A stretch of 64,000 nt of DNA, taken from positions 14,694,001 through 14,758,000 of the forward strand of contig JBHGNT010000009.1 in the NCBI GenBank assembly GCA_043228905.1, written 5' to 3'. This DNA is from Azolla caroliniana (Eukaryota > Plantae > Polypodiophyta). A program made the translations under genes and the position numbers. The stretch's first letter is position 1. The number at the start of each line of letters is the position of its first letter. The notes beneath the pieces were generated by a model. It ran no database searches. It saw only the letters and a program-made list of their open reading frames with translations, and was not told where the DNA came from. Below, one piece after another: positions 37,601 to 50,656 of this stretch.

Positions 37601-40600
37601 TGAAGCTTTGGTCCACTGCACAAGATTGTGGGGTGCTTCACCTCACTTCGGAGATCTCTCCATCTTTGAGCAGCTCATGTTGGTGATTTTTCAAATACAA
37701 GCTTTAGTCTATCTACGTTTATAAACTTAAGGTCTTAGATATCTAGGTTCTTTAGTACCCCATGTTTAGTTATATTATATTATATTATATATACACATAT
37801 TGGCTGGTTTGTTCTCGAAAACATTGCAATATGTAAAAGCTCTCGTTTAGTCTTATAAGCCAATTAGACCTTAAAGTCTTTGAAGGTGCATGGAACAATT
37901 CGGAGTGCCAAGTCAACATATGCATGAAGACTACCAAGATAAGCTTCCTTGACAAACAACTTGGAAAGCTTTAAATACCTTGGCTTTGAAGTTACCTCAA
38001 ATCAAAGATGGAATGAATGTGCTAACAACCGCATGGACCACGATCTCACCACCCTTGTCATCAATAGATCAAGGCCATTATCTCCTGCCATCAAAAGTGC
38101 TTCCCTCGCTTTTGAGACCTCTACATTCTGGATCGACCTATTCTAGAGATCTTTTGAAGACAAAAGTCGTTGTTGGAGGGTGGCAGCTCCAAACCTGCAT
38201 TCTCTTTCATCTTTACTATCTCTCCTCTATATTCTCTATCTACCTAGATTCTTCTCTCTCTATAATCTGCAACTCTTTAGATGCCTTCTCTCTATTCCAC
38301 TTTTCCAAGGTATTCCCTCTTATTCCTCATTTATTATACCTGCATGAGTAACTAAACTACCAAACAACCATTTCACCCACGTTCCCCAATTTAGTATAAA
38401 TAGGCTATGCTTGCTACTTGCAAACAGGCTCTGTTTGCAAAGAGTTGAGACACAGCCAACGAGTAGAGCCTATTTGCAAGTAGCAGCAAAAAACGTTTTT
38501 ACAAAAGAGGTTGGTATAGTCTATTTATACAAAATTGGGGAACGTGGGTGAAATGGTTGTTTGGTAGTTAAGTTACTCTTGTACTACCAGAAACGGTTGT
38601 TTGGTAGTTAAGTTACTCTTATACCAAAACTTGAAAAAGTGGAAGAGAGAACAAAAGAAAGAAAGATATATTAGCGTCTTTTAAGAGGCCAAAATGGCCT
38701 ATAAGACCAAACAAGAAATTACATCTTAAGTTTTGTCTCGTCTTTGAGAACAGCAAATCAAAATAAAATAAATATTACTCTATAAATATAAAAGTAAATA
38801 AGATAAAAGGAGACGAGGGAATCTGGTTTTTGGCAAATGTGAGTTTCTCGAGTGAGATACTGTAACTTTTGTCTTCGAAAGATCTCTAGCATAGGTCAAT
38901 CCAGAATGGAGAGGTCTCCGAAGAGAGGGAAGCATCTGCGAGGGCGGGAGATAATGGCCTTTATTTGACGATGACAAGGGTGTTGAGGCCTTGGTCCATG
39001 GGGCCAAGGTCTATGTCCACGACAAATTGCTATTGTCCAATCTATTGTAAACCCTTTGTTATGTTCTGGTCAGGAGCCCATTTGTGATGACAAGGGTGTT
39101 GAGGCCCTGGTTCATGGGGTCAAGGTCTATGTGCACGACAAATTGCTATTGCCCAATCTATTGTAACCCCTTTGCTATGTTCTGGTCGGGAGCCCATTTG
39201 TGTATCCCTTGATTGACTTGTAGCTCTAGTAGGAGTGACGGGGATAAAGAAAGTTGTGATTGTTCTTTGTGGATGAGCTTGTGTTGCAGATTCTAGAGAA
39301 AGAAGGCACAAGAAGATTATTTTATTATTTCCAAAAGGGAAGTTGGATATTTGGAATTCTCAATCAATTGTTTGCACCTTTTATTGACAATTTCAGGGTA
39401 ATCCATGTGGGTAGCACACTAACAAATATAGAGCATGCACGTTGACCAAAAAGAAGAGAATACCAAACAGTAGTAAAGATTGAGAGAGCTTGTAAATGAA
39501 GATTAATTATGACACCTATGGCCTAACAAGAGAGGGGGAGGGATCTTGTTGAAGACACATGGTAGCCAACTGCTGAGCTTGAGCTACCAGACAACTCATT
39601 TGTTTCCACGTTTATTGAGGACTTCAAGGTAATCCATGTGGGCAGCACACTAACTAATATAGAGCATGCAACTCGACCAAAATAGAAGAGAATACCAAAC
39701 AATGGTAAAGATACACAGAACTTGTCAATGAAGATTAATTATGAAGCATATGGCATAATGAGAGAGAGAGAGAGATCTTGTGGAAGACGCATGGTAGCTA
39801 GATGCAGAGCTTGAGGTACAAGACAACTCATTTGTTTGCACCATTTATTCAGAACTTCAAGGTAATCCACGTGGGCAGCACAGTAACTAATATAGAGCAT
39901 GCATGTCAACCAGAAAAGAAGAGAAAATCAAACACTAATAAAGATTGAGAGAGCTTGTCAATGAAGATTAGCTATGAAGCCTATGGCATAATGAGAGAGA
40001 GGGAGAGATCTTGTGGAAGACACATGGTAGCCAGTTGCTGAGCTTGGACTAGCAAACAACCAACTAATTGACTAACAATCATCTTTGACTATTCTTGTTG
40101 GTTCCAACTCAGGGGTCAATAGACGGCATTTCACATTTACTCTTCTTGAGATAAAAGTTCAGCGATATCTAAATACACACTTCTTGGGGCCTGTATGCGT
40201 TGAAGATCACTGTTTACTCAAGAAAGTTCGATAGACAATATTTCTTATTTTGAGATAACAAGCTCAACCTTGTGCTAACATACTCATTGGGGCACATGCG
40301 TATTAAAGTCCACCATTGACTTAATGAATGGAAAATGCCTTTACATTAATGAAATGGATGTTTCAGATATGTCATTCGCGCCCCCATTCATTACTAATTT
40401 GATTTAACTTCTATCTGTACTTACATCTATGTCCCATACAGATCAAGCCCCTCTCTTGTATCTATTGTTGGTTATCCTTTAGATAAAATTGAGTTCTATA
40501 GTTTATTTGTAACTTTATCTTCTTTGTATAATCATCACCCATTTTGCTTGCTACATTGTCTTTGTTAACCTTCTGCATTGTTTTTCTCTCTCTCGTCCCA

Positions 40601-42952
40601 CACACAATCACAACACAAACATACATAATCTTACTTAATTTATTCCACTGCATTGAACTATATTCTCTAGTTCTTTGCAACTCTTACAAAATTTCTAAGA
40701 ACACGTACTTGAGAGATGTTCAAATTAGTGTGACCTTTTTATGAGTCCAAGAATCTCAAAAAGTGACTTTTATGCATCCTTCTTTTTTGCATTGAAACAT
40801 TTTGTATGCCACTTAAGATTACTCTGATTTTGTGGCACAGAATTATTGTCGTGAGCATCCATACAGAATGAAATAGCCTTTTAAGAGATTTGAACCCAAG
40901 ACCTACCTAATGAGAGCCTTCAACATGACAAAGACATCCACAAATTCACGATACTTGGTCTGTAGTAGAGCCTCCGATTTCCATGGACAAGGAAGTAAAG
41001 TTGATAACACCATGAATATTAGCATTTCCTCTTAAGAAGACACTTATGCCGCCATACAATTGGACAAGCCTTGAGAGCAAGTTATGCTCATAGATCAAAT
41101 GATTCAAGAAAATCTGCAATTTGCATCACATGTTGCCTGTCGCTGTGTTTATCATTGCAAAAGCCAAGATATATGTTGCTAAGCGTCATCTAATGTTTGT
41201 GTTTGCAATGTTAAGAACTCCGACTCCCAATCCACAAAACTCACAGGCCTACTATTGACCAAGTATCAAGAATTTGTAAATGTCTTTGACAAGTTCTGTT
41301 TGCTAGTCTTGAATGCAATCTTTAAAATTCGTCCTTGTTCATAATAGAAATTCCTTTCTCCTTATTTTCCTTCTTTCTTACTCTTTTCTGATTCAATATA
41401 TTTCTTGGTTTCACCACCTTACAATTACTTGCAACGTGTGGTTCCATCAATTGAAATGTTGATACAAGAAAGGGTCTACACACAAACACAAATAAAAACA
41501 AAATCACAAAACAACATATATTCTTTTATTTCCCAAAATTCCCTTAGTTATCATTATTTACCCGAATACCCTTGGACCACCCCCTCTCAAACAATCTCAA
41601 TATGTGCTATTTGAGCAATTATATGGTCATTTCATCTATTTTTCCTCTCTTTCAAGGTGATGTCAAGGGAACTCTCTAAAACTATTGCCTTTGTTGAAAT
41701 TCAAATTTAGGCGCATTTGCAAAAAATAAAAGAAAATCACAAGGGTGCCCTTTAGAGTTTCTCTGATGTGGATCTCCTGTAAATATACATCCTATCCAAG
41801 TTGAAATTGTCATCTTATAATCAGTAAGATAACCTTTGATGTTTGATGCAGATCTAAATTCCAATGCCCCTGATATGAACGAAGAAGGTGTGTAGGTTCA
41901 CCATTACATCTAAAGAGAAGAATTTAAACCCCAAAATACAAAGCCATATAGACGACCTAGACATCTGCCCATCGTGTCTTCTTAAACATTTAGAGACATA
42001 TGCAAGTTAAATTACAAGGTTTAAATGTCCTTTTCCTCATAATTCTTAGCATATTTTCGTTGAGGCAGCATAGCATAATCTTTAATACAATAGAAAAATC
42101 AATACTTGTGCCACTATACTTTCGTATCCTCAGCCTGATGCTGCTTTATTGTTATGGATCATTTTACAAACTCAAGGAGTTCCTTCACCATGAAAGTGTT
42201 GTTACTCTATGCCTTCATTATCTTGCGCGGTGAGAAGGCGCATGATGCAATGGAGTGGAAGTTATAGTTTTGGTTTGTATAGAGAATTCATAAATTAAAA
42301 GTTCTGTCAACTCTGTTCACTTGAGGATATTAAAAACAAACTAGAAGAAGCCTGAAGGAAATCAATGTGAAACAATTGATTATATGTTTGAGGAATGTAC
42401 CGGATTGAAGAAACCTCCAGAGTACTGAGGTTGCTGTCTCGAAGCCTGTGTGCGAACTGCAGCATCCTGAACATACCATACATATGAGAGAGGAAATCGC
42501 CCACATTAAAACAAGGTTCCAAACAAAGGAAAATCAAAAGCAATGAAGAGCAATACAAGATACAAAAATGTAGGCGGAATGCAACAAGAATTTCAGAAAC
42601 AAAAGGTTTGACCTAAACAAACACACGAAACAAAAAGATGAGACTATGTTTTAGTGAGGCTAAGCCCGCAACCACACGCATACATATACATATGCATACC
42701 TCTGGAAATGACAGAAAATGCAGGTAGAACATATAGAAAAGGGAAAAGACGAAAGAGGAGGGAAGGACAGAACAGGGATAGACTATTATCAGAGAAACGA
42801 TTACTCGTACGTACATCGAAAGGAAACTACAGCTATGGCACTTCAAAAAGAAAGAAGGAGGCAGAAGGAAGAAATGGGCCTACCGCAAAGGGGTTCACGT
42901 CTTCTTCGTCTTGGGCAAAAGGATTGGCATCTTCTTTATAGGAAGCAGCCAT
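34606..42952 (-). CDS. SCAMP: Secretory carrier-associated membrane protein (SCAMP), 13 coding exons, about 293 aa
   Basis: Exons (all introns GT-AG, phases consistent, 882 nt total): 42884-42952, 42401-42466, 36441-36491, 36304-36366, 36195-36228, 35952-36074, 35708-35776, 35447-35540, 35311-35356, 35147-35214, 35005-35053, 34867-34932, 34606-34689. N-terminal NPF motifs (DANPFA, DVNPFA), coiled coil, [15 protein letters not shown]-peptide [25 protein letters not shown]. Confidence 0.93.
38346..38578. mobile_element. MITE-like foldback element in SCAMP intron 2
   Basis: Near-perfect terminal inverted repeats of about 63 bp: GAGTAACTAAACTACCAAACAACCATTTCACCCACGTTCCCC... and its reverse complement. 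Confidence 0.75.
39368..40052. repeat. Three diverged tandem copies of a unit of about 233 bp in SCAMP intron 2
   Basis: GGTAATCCA(T/C)GTGGG...ATATAGAGCATGCA...ATGAAGATTA...CATGGTAGC recurs three times. Confidence 0.85.
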
Positions 42953-44233
42953 GGCAGAAGCGCCTGCTCTCTCTCTCTCTGTCTGTCTGTCTGTCTCGCT
43001 GACTCTCCCAGATTAGATCTGTCTTCGCCTTTTCCTTCTGAATTCTGCGGCTTCTTCTGCGACTGAATTGTATCATTTGTAATGACAATAATTTGAGCAC
43101 GGAGTGGAGTGGAGTGGAGTTGAGTGGTCAAGCAAAACACTTTGACACCACGACAATTGGGGCCCAATTGAAACCCGAATGTTGTGTGTTCTGTGTCTTG
43201 TTGTCCTGTGTCCTATGGCCTGTGTCTTGCTTGTTTCCTGATTGCTTCTCTACCGTGTCAGCATCGCCAAAGGTGCGCCCGACATTCACCCACGATTCCC
43301 CACCTCCCCCTTTACTCAACAAACATACATCTCTCTCTTCCTTTGATGTCACGTGTAGAACCCTGCTTGATTTGCACCACCACATCCTTTCGCCAAAAGC
43401 TACATCATATAATTTCCCTCCCCATTTCGCATAATCAAAACTTTTTGGATGGTTATGTGTGTGTCATCGTGCCAACCACGTCCCTTGTCAAAAGTTTTGC
43501 TTCCATGTCTTGCATTACACCCCTTTCCGAGGGGTTGCTTCCATCCTTTCTTGGACCTTACTCAAACATCCTCTTGAGGTCCTCTTATTCACAATTGTTT
43601 TGGGCATTCATAAATCACCAAGTTGTCAAGCAATGCTCTATAACTTATTTGGCATGTATAAATGCAAATTTATGAAGAAGCTTCATGAAGTGTGAAAGTA
43701 GTAAATAGTACATTGCATTTTAAAGCACATTGTGAAACCATTGCCTTTCTATGCCTCTTTAGAGTTATAGCTACGGATTCAAATTCTAATGCATAGAGCT
43801 AATATATTGACTCGTTTATTTTTTCTCACAAGATGCCTATATTGACCTTACTAGTGGAGTTTGCTGGATTGTGATACTTGATGGATAAAAATAAAAAAAC
43901 TCTTATATACATAGAGTTGGGGAGTTGGTGATACATTCAAAGCAATCACTTTTTCTAGCAAATGTTTGTAATTGTTTCAAAAGGGTTTCTAAAGTGAAAC
44001 ATGATATAAATGGGTAAGTTGCATTGCAATGCTCTAGTAACATGGCTAAAGTTACATATGTATAACACGTATCTTATATACATATACATGTGTGTGTGTG
44101 TGTGTGTGTGTGTAACAATAATGAATTAAATGTTGAAATACCAATACATGTGTGTGAGACTCTTATAGTAAACTCTTCATCTTTATAATGGGTAGTTTCC
44201 ATAATATAAACATGCCATTTTAGTAATTTTAAT

Positions 44234-45290
44234 TGTTGAGAATCAAGTTCAACCTAGGCTAGTGTGTGAATACACCTTTGAGAATCTATGAGCACTCAAA
44301 CGTCAAAAGTTACCACTACTCTCTACACATTAACTATGTGTCATAGAATCATATTCTATGACACATAACTAATGAGTTTCCACATTCCCCATGACCAATG
44401 AGCTTCGGTAGTTAATGAAGAGAGAGGGTGACTATATAAAGCACCCTCCTACTTTGTAATGTGTCGGTTAATCTCTTTTGTAATATACAACTTCTTGAGT
44501 ATTCTATTTTCCATTCTATCTATCTTGTGTTTCTCTCCTCTCCTCTTCTCAAACACACACAACACACATCTCTAACTTATTCCGCTGCACAAAATCACCA
44601 TCAATTCTTTACATGGTATCAAAGTGATTTTTTAGCTCAATCTAACCCATCCGCGTGTGTTGTGTTCTACGCTGACATTCAAGAAGAACCGGCTCATTGC
44701 TATTGTAGTGTGACTGCATAGCTCGTGTTCGAGAGAGAAGGAAAAGAAGAAAGAAATCTACATCAACAGAATGAATACTCAAATGGGGAGCGCTCTCCCT
44801 TGCGAGAAGTTGGATAGAAACAACTTTGCATCTTGGTTGTAAAAGATGCACCAATACATTGTTGGCCAAGGTTTTTGGAGTTACATGATAGGAGCTCAAG
44901 AAAATCAACCCAACCCAACAACTCCCGAATGCTCAACATGGGAGCAAGCCGCAAGCCGAATTATGTATTGCTTGGTGACATGTGTCGATGGCCACATGCT
45001 TGGCTATATTCGTGAAGCCCTCTTTCTTCGATTTTCAATCAATGTTGTTGGTTGAAGAAAATCACGTTCGAAGGAGGAGCAATGCCTTCGGAAGGCCACA
45101 TGCTCTACACACACTCGGACGGAGGAAGAGGACGCAATCGAGCAAGAAGAGGCCGATTCGGCCAAGGATGAGCGGACGAGGTCCAACCTATGAAAATAAC
45201 TCCCAAATTCGACAAGAAAACCGAAACATTTCATAACTCCCAAATTCAACAAGAAAACGGAAACAATAGAGGAACTTTCGGAGGGGGAGC
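44234..45290 (+). mobile_element. Internally deleted Copia remnant related to G/H (5' LTR, PBS, gag fragment)
   Basis: LTR TGTTGAG...TTTACA at 44234-44613; PBS TGGTATCAAAG at 44614; gag EKLDRNNFASW...WEQAASRIMY; GAGGGGGAG near 45281. Confidence 0.75.
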
Positions 45291-45301
45291 TTCCATGCCG
45301 G

Positions 45302-45610
45302 TGTCATGATATAGCATGGTATGGCTTCAAACATATTTGAACCCAAGACCTTGTGTCACATGGGTTGAAGCCCTACCATTAAGCTATATATTGTAATACA
45401 AAGAATATTATTTCCATTAATTATTTCACTTAGGAAATCCATGCATATTCTAGATTTCTATGGAACATTCTAGAAATGTCAAGAGTACTCCTAAGCATAC
45501 TATAAAAAGAGGCACATGGGATTATTGAGAACCAATTCGGTTCAACGCCAATCTTAACCCTCCTAGTTGTTCTTGTATCTTTCTCCTTATAATATATATC
45601 TTCTATTGTT

Positions 45611-45660
<50 letters not shown>

Positions 45661-45763
45661 GAGTTCCACACCATCTTTTCCTCTTAAATACTCATCCTCC
45701 TCTACCTCTAGTACTAATTATCTCTCCGTCTTTAGTACTATTCCTGATAGTGTGAACCGAATT
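45302..45763 (+). mobile_element. Tcn1/Tf1-like LTR (45302-45749) with self-complementary PBS
   Basis: Starts TGTCATGA and is homologous to 22556-22969; TGAACCGAATT at 45753-45763 is the exact complement of 45534-45544 downstream of TATAAAAA at 45501. A gag fragment on the minus strand follows at about 45840-45985. Confidence 0.75.
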
Positions 45764-45988
45764 CCTCTATCTCCTTACTCCTCCCTTCCTTCATATTAAT
45801 CCTCTTATCCCCCTTTTCTCCAATACTATGACAATTGTTAACGCTCAAGAAACAGGCTTTAAACTCGCTAATAAATTCCTCAAAATTATTTAACAATGGA
45901 GATCTTTTTTCTAACAAAGGAGCGAACCATGCCAAAGTTGTGCCACTAAGGAACGTGCCTACTAGTCCCACTCGTGATGTATCAGTGG

Positions 45989-48900
45989 TGTTACGGGCAT
46001 GTCCATATAATATCCCGTGGTGAGAATTTACCGTAGTATTCTATACACGTGGATAAGTGTGAGGGTTAAATGAGAGTGTAAAGAAGGGGAGGATTACTTT
46101 TAATCCTCGGGATTGAGACAACCCATTAGGACAAGTGTGAACTTGCATGGGGGCCTTGGGTATCATTATAAATATGAGGCCTAACTACCCTCATTTCATC
46201 CTCTCTTGACTACGTCGAGACTCTGTTCTTGTGGTGGGTCATCAACTCTTGTAGCGAGTGCGCCAACACCAGGTACGACTCGATGCCACGACGGTGGTAT
46301 GGGATGCCGATTGAGGCTCGAGTCCATCTCGATCCCTTCGGTCAGGGGTGGTCGGGTGGATCGGCACCCTTCTTTCTCTCTCTCCTTTCTTATTTCATAT
46401 ATCTTATATCCTTATCATATGCTTACATTAGAGCATGGCTCTAATAGTTGGTATCAGAGATTATGTTCTAATGTTTCTTTTGTTGGTTTTTTTCTTCCTG
46501 ATCGATGGTGATTGCTCGACGTGCGATCAACCTTGATCCAAATAGCGATCAACAAAGGAACTTCGGTAACTCTTTCTTGTTTTTTTTCTTCTTCTCCCAA
46601 TCTAATCATGTATAGTCAATATGTTTTTTCTTTATTGATTCAATGATATTGTAGTGGTAATTAATTGGTTGTATAAAACGTTTACATATGTGTTTGACAT
46701 ATATTTTATATGTGATTCGTGTTGTATGTGTACGAGGTTAATACCTCAATTGCGTATTACGTTCACATACATATGTTACATATGCGTATAAGGTCAATAC
46801 CTCGATTTCTAAGTAAATGATATGTGTTTGGTGTCGTATGCGTAAGAGGTCAATACCTCAATTGCGTATTACGATTAACCCTTATTATTGGATGTTTTGT
46901 GTGCGTAGAGGCTATATGCCTCAATTACGTGTCTCGATTTCATCATATGTTGGCTATTTGATGTTACGATTTTTTTTTAATATACGCATATGTGGTCACA
47001 TGTATACGTATTTGATCGTATGTATGTGATAAATATACATATGTGTATGTTAGTTATAAAGTAATTTCTATATTGAATGTTGTCCTTTTCGGGGAAAGGA
47101 TCTTGGTGGCCGTCCTCACATTTTTGTGAGAATGGCGTAGTCAACATCCTTTTTTCAACAATCTTTTTTATTGACATCCCCGTTGGTCACTTCGATTTTG
47201 TTACGTAATGAAATGATCATAGCCACAATGATGGTGAGAACATAGGGCTTGACCCACTTCATGTGAGGTTGCTCCTATGACACATATCCAAAATCCCTCT
47301 CTCATTACATGGATACGATGCCACCATGAGATCATTCTTACGAAAGGCATTCGTAATGACGTAACCATTTGATGGGCCACGTGGGCCTACTACAAAAAGA
47401 GAGCTCATTTGGCTTGACCATTAGGTTACACTTTGACGTATGTCATCGTAATTATGAGACTTGAGGTTAGGTAACGTACCAACATAGTTTGTGGTAAATG
47501 AGAGGGAAATAAGGACTCTTGACATATATGTTTCTTTTAAAAAAAACATATATGGGCAAATGCCTCGCATATCTGTTATATGCATAAAACGTTAAACATT
47601 TAACACGAGCAACCTATTTGGTTAGCTCAACTGTTTAGTGTATCTGTTCTCGAGGTCTCGAGTTCAAATATGGCTGAGACTATATAACATTGTTGATACA
47701 TATGACTATAATACATGTTTAGAATTTAGGTCTAAGTGCACTTCGGGGTCCTCGTAATAGGACTTAAAGAGCCAAAACCACATATGTGGGCATAAAAACA
47801 TAGTTTATTATTAACATTTTTTTCGTGTATAAACTATTCATGACGCAAACATACATGGTTGAGCCTCGAGGAGCCTCCATGAAAAAAAATCAATATAGAG
47901 ATCAGGGAAAGACATTTATTTGTCACCCCCATGGTTTTTAAAACACCTTTATGTTACCATAGTAACCTGATCTTGAACCTCATCTCATACGTCTAGAGGG
48001 GTATTGACGTGAGATCATGATATCGATTAATGTTTTCCAATGATATGTTTATATCACGACATGATGTTATGACTATTTGTCTGAACTTATCCTATTTCTT
48101 TGCCAGAAAAAATCATTCAATGGCTCAGAATAACGATCCGATGTCATCCACTCAAGCAGAAGGAACTCAAGGAAATCCTCCTGGATCAATCTCCATTGAG
48201 TTGCATTTCTTACAAATACAAAATTTCCTTAGTTCAACCGCTCATCAGATGTCCAAACTTCAACAATCTCAAAGTGCTCTCGAGGCACATGTCATTAGTT
48301 TACAACGGGAGACTAATAGACCCGATGAGCGTTAGGGTGAACCATCATTTGCCATAAAGCCATTTACAGGAGAAAAAAAGGAAAGAACCGAAGAAGCAAT
48401 TTGCACGTGGTTGGGCCAATGGGAGCCTCATTTTGAGCTCTATCCCATGCCAGATAGTACGAAAATTGCATATGTCAGCCGAGAACTAGGGGGTAAGGCC
48501 ACCGCTTGGTGGCGCGGACTTCGAACTTTGGGGAAATTGCCCGATACCTGGATAGATTTTGTCATAGTTTTCAAGGGCCAATTTCTACAATCTCCATCTT
48601 GAACCAAGGCAACACAAGCTTTAATGAACCTCTCTAGCAGGAAGTTTTCCTCGCTAGAAGACTATGTTCACCATGCTAGAACCCAAATCCAAAAATCGGG
48701 TCTAGAAGGGGACAATTGGTTGATAGCTTGTTTTGTCAATGGCATCCCCAATTCAGACTATCACTGGATAGTGCACGATAAGGATCCAAAGTCCTTCGAA
48801 GAGGTCGTTGAAATAGTTCTTCGCTATCAATGCACTTCGAAGAAGGACCATAACAAACCCAACGAAGCGCCCGGGACTAAGCAGACTTCACAATTCACTG

Positions 48901-50419
48901 GGAAACGCAAGACACCCAACAAATTCATGGATCGCGATTGTAAGCGATAACATCCTTTTTGCGTATTCTGCAAAAAGAAGGGTTATACAAAAGAACGATA
49001 TGTCGAAAGCTCCAATGGAAAGAGCATGACAACAAAGCAAAAGTTGCAGACCATAAAGGTCAAAATCCTAATATCCTTGAGGTCTATACACATCATTTAA
49101 GTAATTGTCAATGTTCTTTCCCTCATTATGTATTGGGACCAAATGATTTACTCTGTGCAAAAGGGTATATCAATGGATCTCTCGTACAATTTTTATTTGA
49201 TTCAGGAAGCTCACACAATTTTGTGAATGATCGTTTGGTTCAGATATGGGGAATCCAACTTACCATAAGTGATCACACCTATAGGGTGCACTTGGCTGAT
49301 GGAAGAGTACAATAGATCAACGGGGCGATTCATTCATTAGGAATTTCTATTGATACTTATATAGAGGAAGTAGACTTCCATGTAATGAATCTTTATACCA
49401 CTGATGTAATACTAGGTTATCCCTGGTTTTTTAATAAAAACTCTTCTTTATCTGTTGATTGGGTTCAACATTCAATTACTTTTGTACTGAACAATCGTAC
49501 TCATTTTATTCAATGTGTTAAAAAACAATCTCTTTCGATTGTTTCCTCTCCATCAATATCCGAGTTGTCTTGTTCTACTTTATTTTATTGTGTACTTGAT
49601 CCGAACATTCACGTTTACAATATCAATAATGTCTCGGTTCAATTATTATATTTTGAACAATAACAACTCGATGAAATCTTAAATGATTTTCGTGATGTTT
49701 TTCCGAGTGAAATACCACATGGGTTACCTCCTAAACGTAATATAAAACATCGTATAGATCTTGTACCTGATGTTACACCAATAAGTATACCTCCTTATCG
49801 CTTAAGTCGATCCGAAGAGGATGAGGTATCTAAGCAACTCAAGGAGTATTTACGAATGGGTTATATACGTTATAGTAAATCTCCATGGGGTGCACATGTT
49901 CTCTTGGTAAAAAAGAAAGAGGGCACATGGCGTATGTGTATTAATTACCGACGCTTGAATAAAGTGACGATCAAGAATTCATATCCATTGCCCCGGGCTG
50001 ACGATCTAATTGACCGTCTCCAGGGAGCTCGGTATTTTAAAAAACTTGATCTACGTATGGGTTACCATCAAATACCTATAAGTGAGGACGATGTTCCTAA
50101 AACGACATTTTGTACGTGCTATGGCCATTATGAGTTTTTGGTTATGCCTTTCGGTTTGACCAATGTTCCGACCACATTTCAGCAAGAAATGAATGACATT
50201 TTCCGAGAACAACTTGGAAAATTTATCGTTATTTTCTTGGATGATATTCTAGTTTATAGCCGTACATTAGAAGAACATGCTAAACATGTCCGCTTTGTTT
50301 TACAAACATTGCGCGCCAAGCAATTCTACGAGAAGATCTCAAAATGCGAGTTCTTCAAGAAATCAATTACTTATCTTGGACATCTCATAACCGAAGGAGA
50401 TGTTGAAATTGATCCTTCT
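45989..50419 (+). mobile_element. Gypsy F: chromovirus-type Ty3/Gypsy 5' half (LTR, tRNA-iMet PBS, long leader, degenerate gag-PR-RT), interrupted by Copia H
   Basis: LTR 45989 to about 46446; PBS TGGTATCAGAG at 46449; gag GKATAWW; protease FLFDSGSSHNFV; RT KSPWGA...YPLPRADDL...FLDDILVYS. Confidence 0.88.
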
Positions 50420-50656
50420 TGAAAAGAATGGCGTGCGGAAGCAATATAGGAAACCGAACAACAGAAAATGCAGGTTTAATGGAAAGCTTAGGTTTGCACA
50501 GTACACACGGGAGAGACAGAGAGAGAGAGTAAACACAAAAAATTAATTAAAAAATAATACTCGATCTATACATCGTGTGTGTTCAATGAACACTTTTATA
50601 CAAGTCCTTTTTGGATTGACAGAAGTACTGACAATACTTCAATACTCATTACGGAG

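Noticed and set aside
39368-40052. CRISPR-like array
   Set aside because: Long diverged tandem units with no repeat-spacer pattern, inside a eukaryotic intron.
47618-47680. tRNA gene in the Gypsy F leader
   Set aside because: Only degenerate A/B-box-like words (TAGCTCAA, GAGTTCAAAT); no cloverleaf.
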